Assembly (NCBI GenBank): GCA_003344405.1
Contig: NOWV01000023.1
Span: forward strand, 186,001 to 250,000
DNA length: 64,000 bases
Reading direction: 5' to 3'
Source: Trichoplax sp. H2
Taxonomy: Eukaryota
In this document: piece by piece, positions 14,829 to 31,300 of the stretch
Layout of the letters: each line of letters begins with the position of its first letter
How positions within the stretch are numbered: position 1 is the first letter of the stretch
The notes under the pieces: generated by a model
Seen by the model: only the letters and a program-made list of their open reading frames with translations
Database searches by the model: none
Told to the model about the DNA's origin: nothing
Program-made: the position numbers and the translations under genes

Positions 14829-16393
14829 GCACTTTTCCTCCTATTTCAGAAATTCCTCTACGATAGCAGATCATGGTTTGACGTCCTGATTATAGTGTGT
14901 AGGGATATTAGTTCACTATTATTTGAGACAGGCATATCATACCAATAATATCATTTAGAAGAGTTTCAAGCCGTCATTAAGCTAATTTATCTGTAGTAAT
15001 CTCGATTTAAGGCTAAAATCCGATTTTTCTAGCTATAAAATATAATCTTTCATCATTTTGAGTGCTGTATATACGTACATATCATATAGATCTAAAATCT
15101 TTATCTATATCAATAACATAAACAGGGTCTTAAACATACGCGTCCAGTATACGTTCTACGCGTATTGTCCAGTATTTCATTACATGGATCTTCCATAGCC
15201 GTTGTATATTCTTATTGACTACCGGTTGGCATATGGGTATCATAAATATCCATAGCTTACCCTCTTTTTTTCAATCTAAATTTAAGAATTCTAAATAAAA
15301 TTATAGTACTTCCTCATTTGAGATACACTCGTACTGTACAGTATATCACACAATACCAATGGGCAATTCTACTCCATACATCATGATGTATGTACAGTAT
15401 TTGTTTTACAGAATATCCATTACCAGTAACATCAATTGCCACTACTGTAACATTTCCCTTGCCACGTTGATGATACGATGGTAGGCATCAATATTTAATA
15501 TCAATAATTTAGCTTTTCCACTAGCCAAGAGTTCTAGTTTTCATGCTATATAAATGTATTTTCGTAAAGCTCTTTTGGGATTAAACATCATGTATTTGTA
15601 AGAAATGTGTTAACTGGTAGAAATCTACTAATTTCTCCTGCGATAGACTGTAGAGTAGTGGTAGTAATTGAAGTGCTGGATGAACCCAGTGATTACGTAC
15701 TAGTATGTGCAGCAGAACTGAATAATCCAGATCTTTAATCAAGAGCATAATAAAACTAGTAGATAGAATTATTGCCCTAATTATATCAGATCAATGTATG
15801 CAGTCATGGACTACTAAATATTCCCCACTGAGGAACATTTAGTAGTCCTTGATGCAGTACTGTACAATAGAATCAGTGTTCCAAAGTCATGGTCATTTCA
15901 TAGCTGCCGTATCCACGCTCTTGTTCTTTATAACTATACAGTATAGGAGTATTATGGTTAGCTGTAGCTTGAGTTCTTCTACGATTGTAAACAACTCCGA
16001 AGGATAAAAATTTCAGCAATCAAAAATCTTCTAATATAGCTATACCGAAGACAAAATCTGATATTAACATGGATCAAATTGCTATCATATCTACTGTACA
16101 GTATTTACATCTTATGATACGCTCAGTAACTTTCTGTGATTACTTTTCTTTCATGTATCGACAATAAATCAACAATGATGACGGAATTTTACTTTCTTTC
16201 AGGTCATTAAGTAATTTTTAATTTGCATTGGCCTGCCTATCTTTCTCTATCAATAGAATTAATAGAAATGATTTATCATTCCCCTCGATTTTCAGTTTAG
16301 CGATGAATAACCCATAGCTGATATTGTCGGATAGAGAGGGCTACAATTTTATGACGAATAACATCGTTTGCGTGGGTGATGCCCACCATTATC

Positions 16394-16825
16394 CTCCGAC
16401 ATAGAAACAGTAGTTGTACAGTAAGTACACTGTATAGGATGTCAAAGACTTTGACTGTCCTCATCTTATCCCTTTATTACAAATGTATTGAAAAATGAAT
16501 TCTACACTATATACTATCAACAGTGGAGGAGCTATTCTCCGACATAGAAACAGTAGTTGTACAGTAAGTACACTGTATAGGATGTCAAAGACTTTGACTG
16601 TCCTCATCTTATCCCTTTATTACAAATGTATTGAAAAATGAATTCTACACTGTATACTATCAACAGTGCAGGAGCTATTCTCCGACATAGAAACAGTAGT
16701 TGTACAGTAAGTACACTGTATAGGATGTCAAAGATTTTGACTGTTCTCATCTTATCCCTTTATTACTAATGTATTGAAAAATAAATTCTACACTGTACAC
16801 TATCAACAGTGGAGGAGCTATTCTC
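16394..16825. repeat. Tandem repeat, 3 copies of about 143 bp
   Basis: Unit TCCGACATAGAAACAGTAGTTGTACAG...GGAGGAGCTATTC starts at 16395, 16538 and 16681, with few substitutions. Confidence 0.97.
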
Positions 16826-17220
16826 TATGATTTAGCCATTTGCATTGCATCTTATAGGTTCATGTAGGCCTCTGATAGAGAGAGTTTGTAGCATTGCTTA
16901 CCTAGCTGGAATAACTCGAGACATTTCACTGCAAGATTTCAATACCAAATCATACCATGGCCACGTTAATATTGAAAGTGAAGATTTGTTGTTTTGATTA
17001 TTTCATTCTTTGCCTCTCTACTCGTCCAGTTTATTGTTGCTTTGGAGGGATTAGCTTACCATGAAGGTTCAAATGGCATATTGGTCATCTTTAACATGGC
17101 TTGAAAATCAATTTTTAAAGCAATTTTCTACGTCTATGAATTGAAATTTCAGTGTAAAATTTGCTAAACTCCGTTCACTGAAGGGTCAATGAATATGGAT
17201 GAAGATGGATCAAGTGTCTA

Positions 17221-17699
17221 ATGACGTCATGTACAGATGAAGCATGAAAAGTGAAGTTACAGAGTCAGTATGGTACAGACGTACAGTATAGCAAAGTTGA
17301 AGTTGACACTCAAAACGTAAGGTTGACACCCACGCTCGGAGCATCATTGCAGCAGGTGAAGCTAACAAAACACTCACCTGCATCGACTAAGTTACAAACG
17401 TCGAGTCCCCTGAGTACAGTGTGAGACTGTACAGTACTGTACACTGTACACTGTATATCTGCGCAGTCGCAGGGTACTGCGTTGGGTTGACACCATGGAC
17501 AGTTGGACACGTCGATATCATGCTGTAGATCGAGTTGAGTCTGAACTCGATGGTTGATACGGCTAGAGGTAAAAAGTATAGTCACTGTGGTACTGTTACA
17601 GTAACATCATCATATTGTAATGGGGATCCTTTGCAAAGGGACCGGATCGGATCGGACCGGACCGCACTGTCATTGAACAGCAATCGGCAAGCAGCAATC
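17221..17699. promoter_or_regulatory. Probable promoter region of CPSF3, possibly shared with the divergent KIAA2013-like gene
   Basis: GC-richer island directly upstream of the CPSF3 ATG; perfect CRE palindrome ATGACGTCAT at 17221-17230; ACTGT/ACAGT cluster at about 17413-17455; (GGAYC)n run at about 17639-17663. Confidence 0.5.
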
Positions 17700-22393
<4,694 letters not shown>

Positions 22394-23478
22394 GATTAGC
22401 TGTCGAATTACAAGTATCTAGTATTAGTGTTATAATAACAAATAAAGAGTGTTGCTTGACTTATCGATATAATTTAGTATTATATCCCTGTGTCAGTTGG
22501 TCTTAGCAATTTTCCATGTTGATGTTGTATATGACATACTCGTGTACATTTTTCAAGGTTTAGCACCTTTATTACTATTTGTATAAAAATCGCTTGTCAC
22601 TATTATTTGTATTCTGTAAGTTTTTGTTCCGTATTTTAAAGTGTTTTTTTTTTTAACTAAACTGTTAATAAGTCAATATATTGTAGAATGTCTGCAAAGA
22701 GCAAAGAAATTACTAAATTCATGGCAATAAACGTAGCAGATGCAACAATGTGCTACCGTAATACGTATAAGGGTATTCATCAGTTTCTATCGAATAATTT
22801 ATACAATTAAATTTTTCTTTCCATGATACAAATACTCTACGTTATATAGTAATGCATTATATTGCAATTTAAAGCAAGTTATAATATGGGTAAATAAAAA
22901 GAAAGAAACAACAATTAAATTGCCAAGCCTTGTCTTTATTAGCTCACGGACATCAATATCAGCAATATTAATTCAATAAATGTCCTTTCAATTACAAGGT
23001 AACCTTTAGTTAAAAGTGGATTCGAAATATTTATGATCTTGGTTGAAGTTATTTCATACTGCGAATACCACATCGCGTCGAAGATATCCTTAAAAATAAC
23101 TCTGTAACTAATTTAAGTTCTGATGATATGTGTTGTTAATAACAACCCCAGTATAAAAATATCTAGAAATGAATAATTTAAAGATCATTATGGTATTGTA
23201 CGTATTTGAAAATCCATTACAAGCCAAGTGGACATACATTTTAGAAGTAATCGTTGCAAATCTTAAATACACGACATATATATCTATATGTTTTATAGGT
23301 TAGAATTTGCATGAGGTATTTACAACTTATACATATATCGCATGAAAAGAAATAGATTTGTAATCAAGATTGATACTGAGTGGATTTTCTAGCGAAGTAT
23401 ATGTACGAATAATAGTTGATCTTTGCATTACATTTTACTTTAGTGAATTGTATCAGTACATCACTAAACTCTTATTAA

Positions 23479-26414
23479 TTAATCAAATTTAACATAGTTA
23501 GCCGGGAATATACCGACTTTGCCGTTCAATTTACCCTCCCACCAGTCATCTTGATCAGCAGTCCGGGTAATCACAGTAATTCTTTCTCCAACATCGAAAG
23601 ATAGATCACACGGTTTCTCGCCTTGAAAAGGATATAATGTGGTAACAATTAAGTCATTATTCCAATCTTGATCCATAGGGTAATTGCTAGCCGATTGACT
23701 AGATGGCATCCATAAAGGTGGAGCTGCTGCAGAACTGACATTAGTACGTGTACTGGGTGTATATGCTGAAGCGCTTCTTGAGACAGCACTGCTCTTGGAA
23801 CCGCTTGATTTCTTAGAACTAGCTGACCCACTACTCGACGATGAGCTCGATTTTGTCGGCTTTGAACTGCTATGCATCTTAGGAAGTCTAAAATTGGAAC
23901 TGCGAGCAGGCGGCTGAGAACCAGCATTGTCAGCATCTTTCCTACTCTCCACAGTAGGTGGTATAGATGCTATTGGGAAATGATAGGATGGTTATTGCAA
24001 GTGAATAGAAGTTAAAGTACTGTAATTGATGATTCTAATCTAACAATATCTAAAAATAAATGTAGCTGCTCTTAAAAAATATTGATGTATTACTTATGCG
24101 AAGTGCAATATGGATCATTCAACGAAGAAGTGGCATACCTCCTGGAGTTAGCTGAAGTTTCGCATCTCTATAAGCGATATAATTCTCTGCATGAATTTCG
24201 AGTGCATCATACAAGCGTTGAGCTTCACCAGGTTGAGGAATTTCGCCACTTAAAATTTCCCTGGCACTAATCTCACCACCATAAAACCTAAAATAAATAA
24301 CGAGTTTTATCATTCGTTCAATCCCTGTTCGCAATATCGTTCAGTTGTTGGAGATGGAGCGATACTGTTATGGGCAACTAAAAATTGTATCAAATTAAGC
24401 TTTTCAATGTCCAATTATTTTTACCGACGATTGGTATCTTTTCGTTCTATTAATGCTGAACCTTCTAAAGATATTCCCGCAAATAAGCCACGAGTTTTGC
24501 TATAAGTATATATAGCTGAAATTGATTTGACGGTTACATCGCCTTCAACATTTCTACCGACAGGTCCAGCAGCAACGGAGATATTACCACCAAGAGTTAC
24601 ATTACCATTTCTACTAAAAGCATCGACAGCCGCTTGTGAGTTTAGGACAATGACAAAATCTGTCAACTAGAATAAAATGAAAAGCTAGGATTAGTTAATT
24701 GCATCTGAAATAAGTAATGGCCAGAGCTATTAGCATTGATCAAGGTATCATTTGATTTCAATTACTCAATCCAGTCATAGTAATATAACCCCGACAGTAA
24801 AATGGTTAGCAATTGTGATGATAAGCTGTAACTGACAAGTCTAGTGATTGCTTTAAAATACCTTTCGATGTATTCTTTAAAAGTCTACTGTATTTAATCT
24901 ACTGTAGCTATCATTCTACTACTTACTAGGTGTTATCACTTAATCTAACTTGTTAGTCAACAACGCTTCCACAATTGTAAATACTGTATATAAACTGAAC
25001 ATTTATCATCTACGCGTGTAGACAGCGTGTAGACAATATGACCAACACGATTGATTGATATGATCGAATTTGAAACATTTTGATAGCAATAGTTAGGTTA
25101 TCATTGGTTGATCCATTCTCACCTCGACTCCTATTTCAAAACCGCCTCCCAGACCAGCTAAACCAAGAGCTGATGGAGCCGACCATGCTGTCACAATAAA
25201 GAAAATAGAATAGTTTGGAATTAGCGCAAGGCATCAACACGTATACTGTAGTCTATCCTGTGTTTCACTATTCAATTCAACTCAAAATTGAGAAGTTGAT
25301 ATTGAATAGATAATCATAATTTCAAGTTATCAATTAAAACTGTATAACTGACAGACGATGGAAAACATCTGAATGTGGAAGACGCCTCATATAATGTATT
25401 TAAAATTGATATACTGGTACTTTTTATGCTAACGTATCATCATGATGACAGCGTATCGTGGCGATGGATAGGATACCTACCTTTCACTACGTGTCTGTCT
25501 ATCTGCCAGCAATTCTCGACATTATACTTTAACAAAGTGAACAGGGAATACCCGTAGCCCAATCATCACTGTCTCTGATGTTATTGATCGTATAAGACCA
25601 GCGAGAATTGTATATTTACGTGTAGCGTGATGATTTCACTCAATTGATCTATTCTGTCGTTAGGTATTTCTACTATACATTAAGTACTGTCAAAGTGTAC
25701 TCGTACATGCTCTATGCTGGTAGTTAAGTCCATATTACCGTATCAGCACCAAAGTTCATAGCCTAACCGCCGTCACGGCGTCTATGGATATGATTGAATG
25801 ATGTTGATCGTTTTATAACATTGCATTTTAGAATGGATCCATGTTATTCAAAGAGTATCTTTAGTCTATTAATAGAATGATACTGTGTATGCTGGCATGT
25901 TGGATACGCACATTCACTGTCGTACAGACAGAGAAGAGTAGAGTAGTGGTTGATGATGAGGAAAACTGCTTTGATGAAGGTAAAATAAAACTCAATGAAA
26001 GCAGTCATCATGATAATCGAATGATATTATTGTTGAACGTCCATCAATAGCGGTGATAGTTTGGCAAGCCACTATGATCAGTAGGATAATTACAGTAATG
26101 GTCATGCTGTTCTGCCCTATCGTAGTGTATCATAATTGATTGTTGATGGCTGTAGAATGAATGTGTGTCAACATGTACATACTTCCTTCAGGAGTTCGAG
26201 CAATGACTAATCCAGAGCCGCCACGGGCAGTGACAAGAAATCCACCTTTGAAAACAGTTAAAATAGCTAAACCTTTGGCCTTGACAATAATACCGGGTGG
26301 TATAATTTTGTCTATATATTTGGATTTTGGATCGCACTGGGTAAAATCCATTAAGATCCGACTGGCCTTTTTGGCTTCAGAGCGTAGCCCCTTTGGTATA
26401 GGATTATTCACCAT
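23479..26414 (-). CDS. SH3YL1: SH3 domain-containing YSC84-like protein 1 (SYLF domain, Ser-rich linker, SH3); 5 exons
   Basis: MVNNPIPKGLRSEAKKASRIL...AKGLAILTVFKGGFLVTARGGSGLVIAR, WSAPSALGLAGLGGGFEIGVE, TDFVIVLN...GPVGRN...YSKTRGLFAGISLEGS, FYGGEISAREIL; C-terminal SH3 LYPFQGEKPCDLSFDVGERI...DDWWEG...GIFPANYV. Confidence 0.97.
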
Positions 26415-26809
26415 GATGAAATAGTTTGTTGCTACCAGATCATACAGTACAAAGGATCAACTACTTCAAGGCCAATGTTGACAAGCAACGGCAGTCAGTA
26501 ATGGGTTAATTTCAGTCCACTGACCTGTACGTAAGAGACAGTCAATAAACTCGCCACTAGCAATGGCTCCAGGGGGAAAAAATCAAATTGCCAGCAATGA
26601 AATGGATGTGCAATAATCTGTTTATACGTCTCCAAATTGAAATGGGAATGGATGATTTCCTGCAGCAGAGGATTGCAGTGGAAATTGCGATCTGAGAAAG
26701 GTTGAGTTCGGTTCAATACTTTTATGATGTATGATCTATACTGGAAATGAGTCTCCCTTCCATTACGGGAGTCGTCCAAGTCAGAGTGTTGAGATTGAAT
26801 GGACAGTGT

Positions 26810-28150
26810 GTCGTACTGTGCACTGTACACTGTAGACTGTGGAGGACAATGGTGATCCGTCTGTACAGACGTACAGACGTTTTTTAAGCTTGTAGAAAGG
26901 TAGGGAACATCGCGGACTACGACAGTCACTGGTTGCCAACAAGTCCAGTAGAGTACCAGTACATGTATGTACTGTATTTAGTAGTCGATGGAAAAGAGTA
27001 GAGTAAAGCTGATTGGAGAACTAGTACTCTATGATGATGGATCATACAATACTAGTCAACGCGCTGCAACCTGGATCGCAAAATCACTCCAGTAGCCTTG
27101 GTGTTGAAAAGTACACGAAAAGTACACAGTACTGTATCAATGTTCCACATTCGTATTACAGGACACTATACAGTACTGTACTGAATGGAATGTGGAACAT
27201 TCGATCATGTGTACTGTACGTACAGTACTGTACTGTGCAAGGCTGTGTACTGTACACTGTACACTGTACAGACTGTACTGTACAGTACAGTACAGTACAG
27301 TGTACAGTACAGTCGTTTTACCGTACACTACAGTATACTGTACTGTACAGTACTGTACTGTACTGTACTGCAGACTTATCCATGTTTCACATTCGATCAC
27401 GTACTGTACTGTACAGTACAGTGTACTGTGCTAGTAGTCGATGGAAAAGAGTACTGTAGAGTAAAGCTGATTGGAGAGCTAGTACTGAAGATGATGGATT
27501 ATACTGTACTGTACAGTACAGTACTAGTCTAGTACTAGATCCATTGTTGCACATTCGATCACGTACAGTACAGTGCATACAGCGTACAGTACAGTCGTTT
27601 TACAGTACTACATACTGTACAGAGCTGTGTACAGACTGTACTGTACAGTGTACAGTACAACTTTAATTATTTTTGAACAAAGAGGAGACATCGAAAATAA
27701 TCAGATTGTACAGTACTACAGTATATCCTATACTGTACAGTGTACAGTATATCATATCACTATATCATACTGTACTGTATACTGTACAGTATCAATGTTC
27801 CACATTCGATCACGTACATACTGTACAGTGTACAGTACAGCCTTTTTACAGTACTATATACTGTAAAGGGTTGTGTACAGACTGTACTGTGCTCTAGTGA
27901 ACTGTAGTTCACTGCGTCAATGTTTGGTTACAGTACAGTACAGTACAGTCGTTTTACAGCACTACACTATATTGTACTGTACAGTACAGTACTGTATACT
28001 GTACAGTACTGTGCTGTACTGTATGACTGTATCCATGTTCCACATGCCATGACGTACAGTGTACAGTACAGCCGTTTTACAGTACTACAAACTGTACACT
28101 GTGTACTGTACAATATCATCTACAGTACAGTACTCAGTGAATAGTACTGT
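26810..28150. repeat. ACTGT/ACAGT-rich low-complexity array with a degenerate higher-order unit, between divergent SH3YL1 and JMJD6
   Basis: Dense TACTG/TACAG pentamers in both orientations; recurring anchors CACATTCGATCACGTA-like (about 27145, 27197, 27388, 27550, 27800) and CAGTCGTTTTAC-like (about 27310, 27592, 27838, 27946, 28069). Confidence 0.92.
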
Positions 28151-28371
28151 AAGCAACTGGGACAAAAACTAAATCTCCACAACTCATACTGAACAATGAA
28201 TTCAATCGATATCGATAGACCCCAACGTCGAAGCCAATAGGAAAGGAGAGGGAAATCGTCAGCGACCGCCATTGGTTAGTGGTGCAGATAGCTTTGACTA
28301 CTTGCACCATTTCTTTCTTGCTCCATTAGTCCAACATATCAAGTTCACGCCATTGATTTGGACCTGAAAGG

Positions 28372-31300
28372 ATGGATAAGCGAACCAGAAAGAGAATACG
28401 TCAAGCCAAGAAAAAAGCTCGGCCTGGTATGCATTTGATCAACACACCAATGTTTCAATCCTTTCTACAGCCAGCCACAGCAGTACTCCTCTCTTTTTCC
28501 ACAGTATCATTGACATCAACATGCTGTTGTACAATCGCTTCGTCCACTTCTTCATCCTCTACTTGACGAGTGTAATACATAAAAATGATACTTAACCTGC
28601 TTCTTCACCACTTCTCTCCTTATCCACACAGTACACTACTACAATCGTCGTAGTAAAGGACTTGAAATTGAATTAAATGAACAAATTCAACGCTAGAGGG
28701 CGCGTACAGCCAGTGCAAACCACCACATACGAGCACGGACAACGAGTCCAGCCAGCTATCCTTTTCCATCAGCAGGATTATAAAATACTGCATTTGCAAA
28801 ATCCATATTTTCACCTCCAATTTCATTCTACTCTCTTAGTCAAGGCTCAACGTTGCAAATGCAATCCATTCAAACAACAATAACCCCCATCTTGTCCGAT
28901 ATCATCATGTGCTACACTTGATATCAATCCAAGATACAGTTTAGCCATCAATAACTCCATCATTGACCGCAGTCATTGCAACATTACACCAATCATCAAC
29001 CAGCCATCCCAAAGGATTGCATCTCTAGTCGACATTGGACATCTAATTTCGCTTCCAGCTCTTACCTCTACAAATAAGCTACAGTAATACAACTCAATCT
29101 TTTCCTCCTAGCCATAAATTTGACTCTATCCCCTGATCGACGTAGACAGTAGTGGTGATCGTTTGCAATGCCGGTGCAAAATGACGACGATAATCCGCCA
29201 CCTACCCTTTCTCACGTCAAGTTGTGCAAAATGGCCAAATAATAATCTCCATTTCCAATGGTTGAAACATTCAATCATACATCCCACTGCTTAGCACAAT
29301 TTAGCTGATGACGGTAGACGCACTTAGTTCAACAGAGTTGTACAGCTGGCATACATTCATCATGAAATAACTGCACCAGGTATTTTCAATTCATTCATGG
29401 CAGTGGCCGAAGCCAAGTGAACAATCATCAACTACAGTTGACATCATTGAAAGTAAATCGATTTCACTTCATTGAGTGGCCACCACTGCTCACAATTTCC
29501 AACACTTTGCTATGGACCGTGATATCTCAATTCCGTAATAAACTTAATATCGCTAGTTAAAATAGGCTCTTTCTTAATAGCAAAATCAGAATCGAAAGTT
29601 ACATTGTATATCGTATAAATACCTTTCAAAATAGATCTCTCATCTGCAATATTCGCTACTTTTCTCCCTTCTCCTTCAAACAAGTAACTATCGTACTGTA
29701 GTGGTGGTCATCGTTACTTCTATGATGATTTTCAATACTACATTACATATGCCTATTCGTAATAGTATTGAGTTGCAATCATATCGTAAATCTTTACATT
29801 TCAAGCAATCGTATGAAGTAAATTGACTTCACTATAGCTACAAATTATTATTGGACAGGCTATACAGTACAACACAACTCTCAGGACTGCCAGTCGTCTC
29901 TCCTTAAGGCAAAAAGAAATGGATTACAATACGTATAAATAATTGAAAATTGATTAGCACCCTATTCCACGTATACTTCATATTATGACATACAAATGTA
30001 CCATCCTTGTTCTTACATCACTGTAGACTGTATATTTTCTTCATCTATCATGACGCGTATTAATTGATTAATATTCTATTTCCTATTCCACTTCATATTA
30101 TGACACACAAATGTACCATCCTTGTTCTTACATCACTCTAGTCTGTATATTTCTTCATCTATCATGACGCGTATTAATTGATTAATATTCTATTTCCTAT
30201 TCCACTTCATATTATGACACACAAATGTACCATCCTTGTTCTTACATCACTCTAGTCTGTATATTTCTTCATCTATCATGACGCGTATTAACGTAAAAAT
30301 GCGGTAATCATCATTGTCTATTCTTATAACTTCCATTTAGAACTGAAAGGTAGCTATGGATGGAAAAAGTTCAATTATGCTAAAACAATGGATTTAAGTT
30401 TAAATTCTGTTCGTGATAATGTTGAACGAGTTGACGTTCGCTCAATAACCCATCAAGAATTCATCCGACAATTCGAAAAACCTCTAAAGCCAGTAGTATT
30501 AACAGGTGCTATGGAAAAATGGCCTGCTATGAAAAAGTGGACAATAGAGGTGAGTTGAAAATAGTACATGCAACACCAAGCTCTGCACACAAACTCCTTA
30601 CCTATTTACTTACAGAATAACTAAAACCAATTTCTATAATAACCATAATTATTAATACACCCTATACGCATCAAAAGTATCAGCCATAGTAACATATCAA
30701 GATGTTAAGATAAAAAGAACCGTATANNNNNNNNNNNNNNNNNNNNTCTTTACATTTCAAGCAATCGTATGAAGTAAATTAACTTCACTATAGCTACAAA
30801 TCATTATTGGACAGGTTATACAGTACAACACAACTCTCAGGACTGCCAGTCGTCTCTCCTTAAGGCAAAAAGAAATGGATTACAATACGTGTAAATAATT
30901 GAAAATTGATTAGTACCCTATTCCACGTATACTTTATATTATGACACACAAATGTACCATCCTTGTTCTTACATCACTCTAGTCTGTATATTTCTTCATC
31001 TATCATGACGCGTATTAATTGATTAGTATTCTATTCCCTATTCCACGTATACTTCATATTATGACACGCAAATGTACCATCCTTGTTCTTACATCACTCT
31101 AGTCTGTATATTTCTTCATCTATCATGACGCGTATTAACGTAAAAATGCGGTAATCATCATTGTCTATTCTTATAACTTCCATTTAGAACTGAAAGGTAG
31201 CTATGGATGGAAAAAGTTCAATTATGCTAAAACAATGGATTTAAGTTTAAATTCTGTTCGTGATAATGTTGAACGAGTTGACGTTCGCTCAATAACCCAT

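Noticed and set aside
25438..25580. Box C/D snoRNA-like ATGATGA...CTGA
   Set aside because: It is antisense to the host SH3YL1 intron, long for a C/D snoRNA, and has no recognisable rRNA guide.
23649..26424. Alternative-frame and antisense ORFs over SH3YL1 (23649-23936, 24082-24270, 26161-26424)
   Set aside because: Shadow ORFs of real coding exons.
26981..28085. CRISPR-like appearance from recurring anchors with variable spacers
   Set aside because: Eukaryotic context, degenerate anchors, spacers made of the same pentamers, irregular spacing and no cas genes.
27031..28144. Many overlapping Tyr/Cys/Thr/Val-rich ORFs on both strands
   Set aside because: They are translations of the ACTGT/ACAGT low-complexity array, which is poor in stop codons; there is no coding signal.
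28620..29520. Possible transposon or nested gene in JMJD6 intron 1
   Set aside because: The translations I checked show no recognisable domain and I saw no terminal repeats; promoter-proximal compositional skew explains the region.
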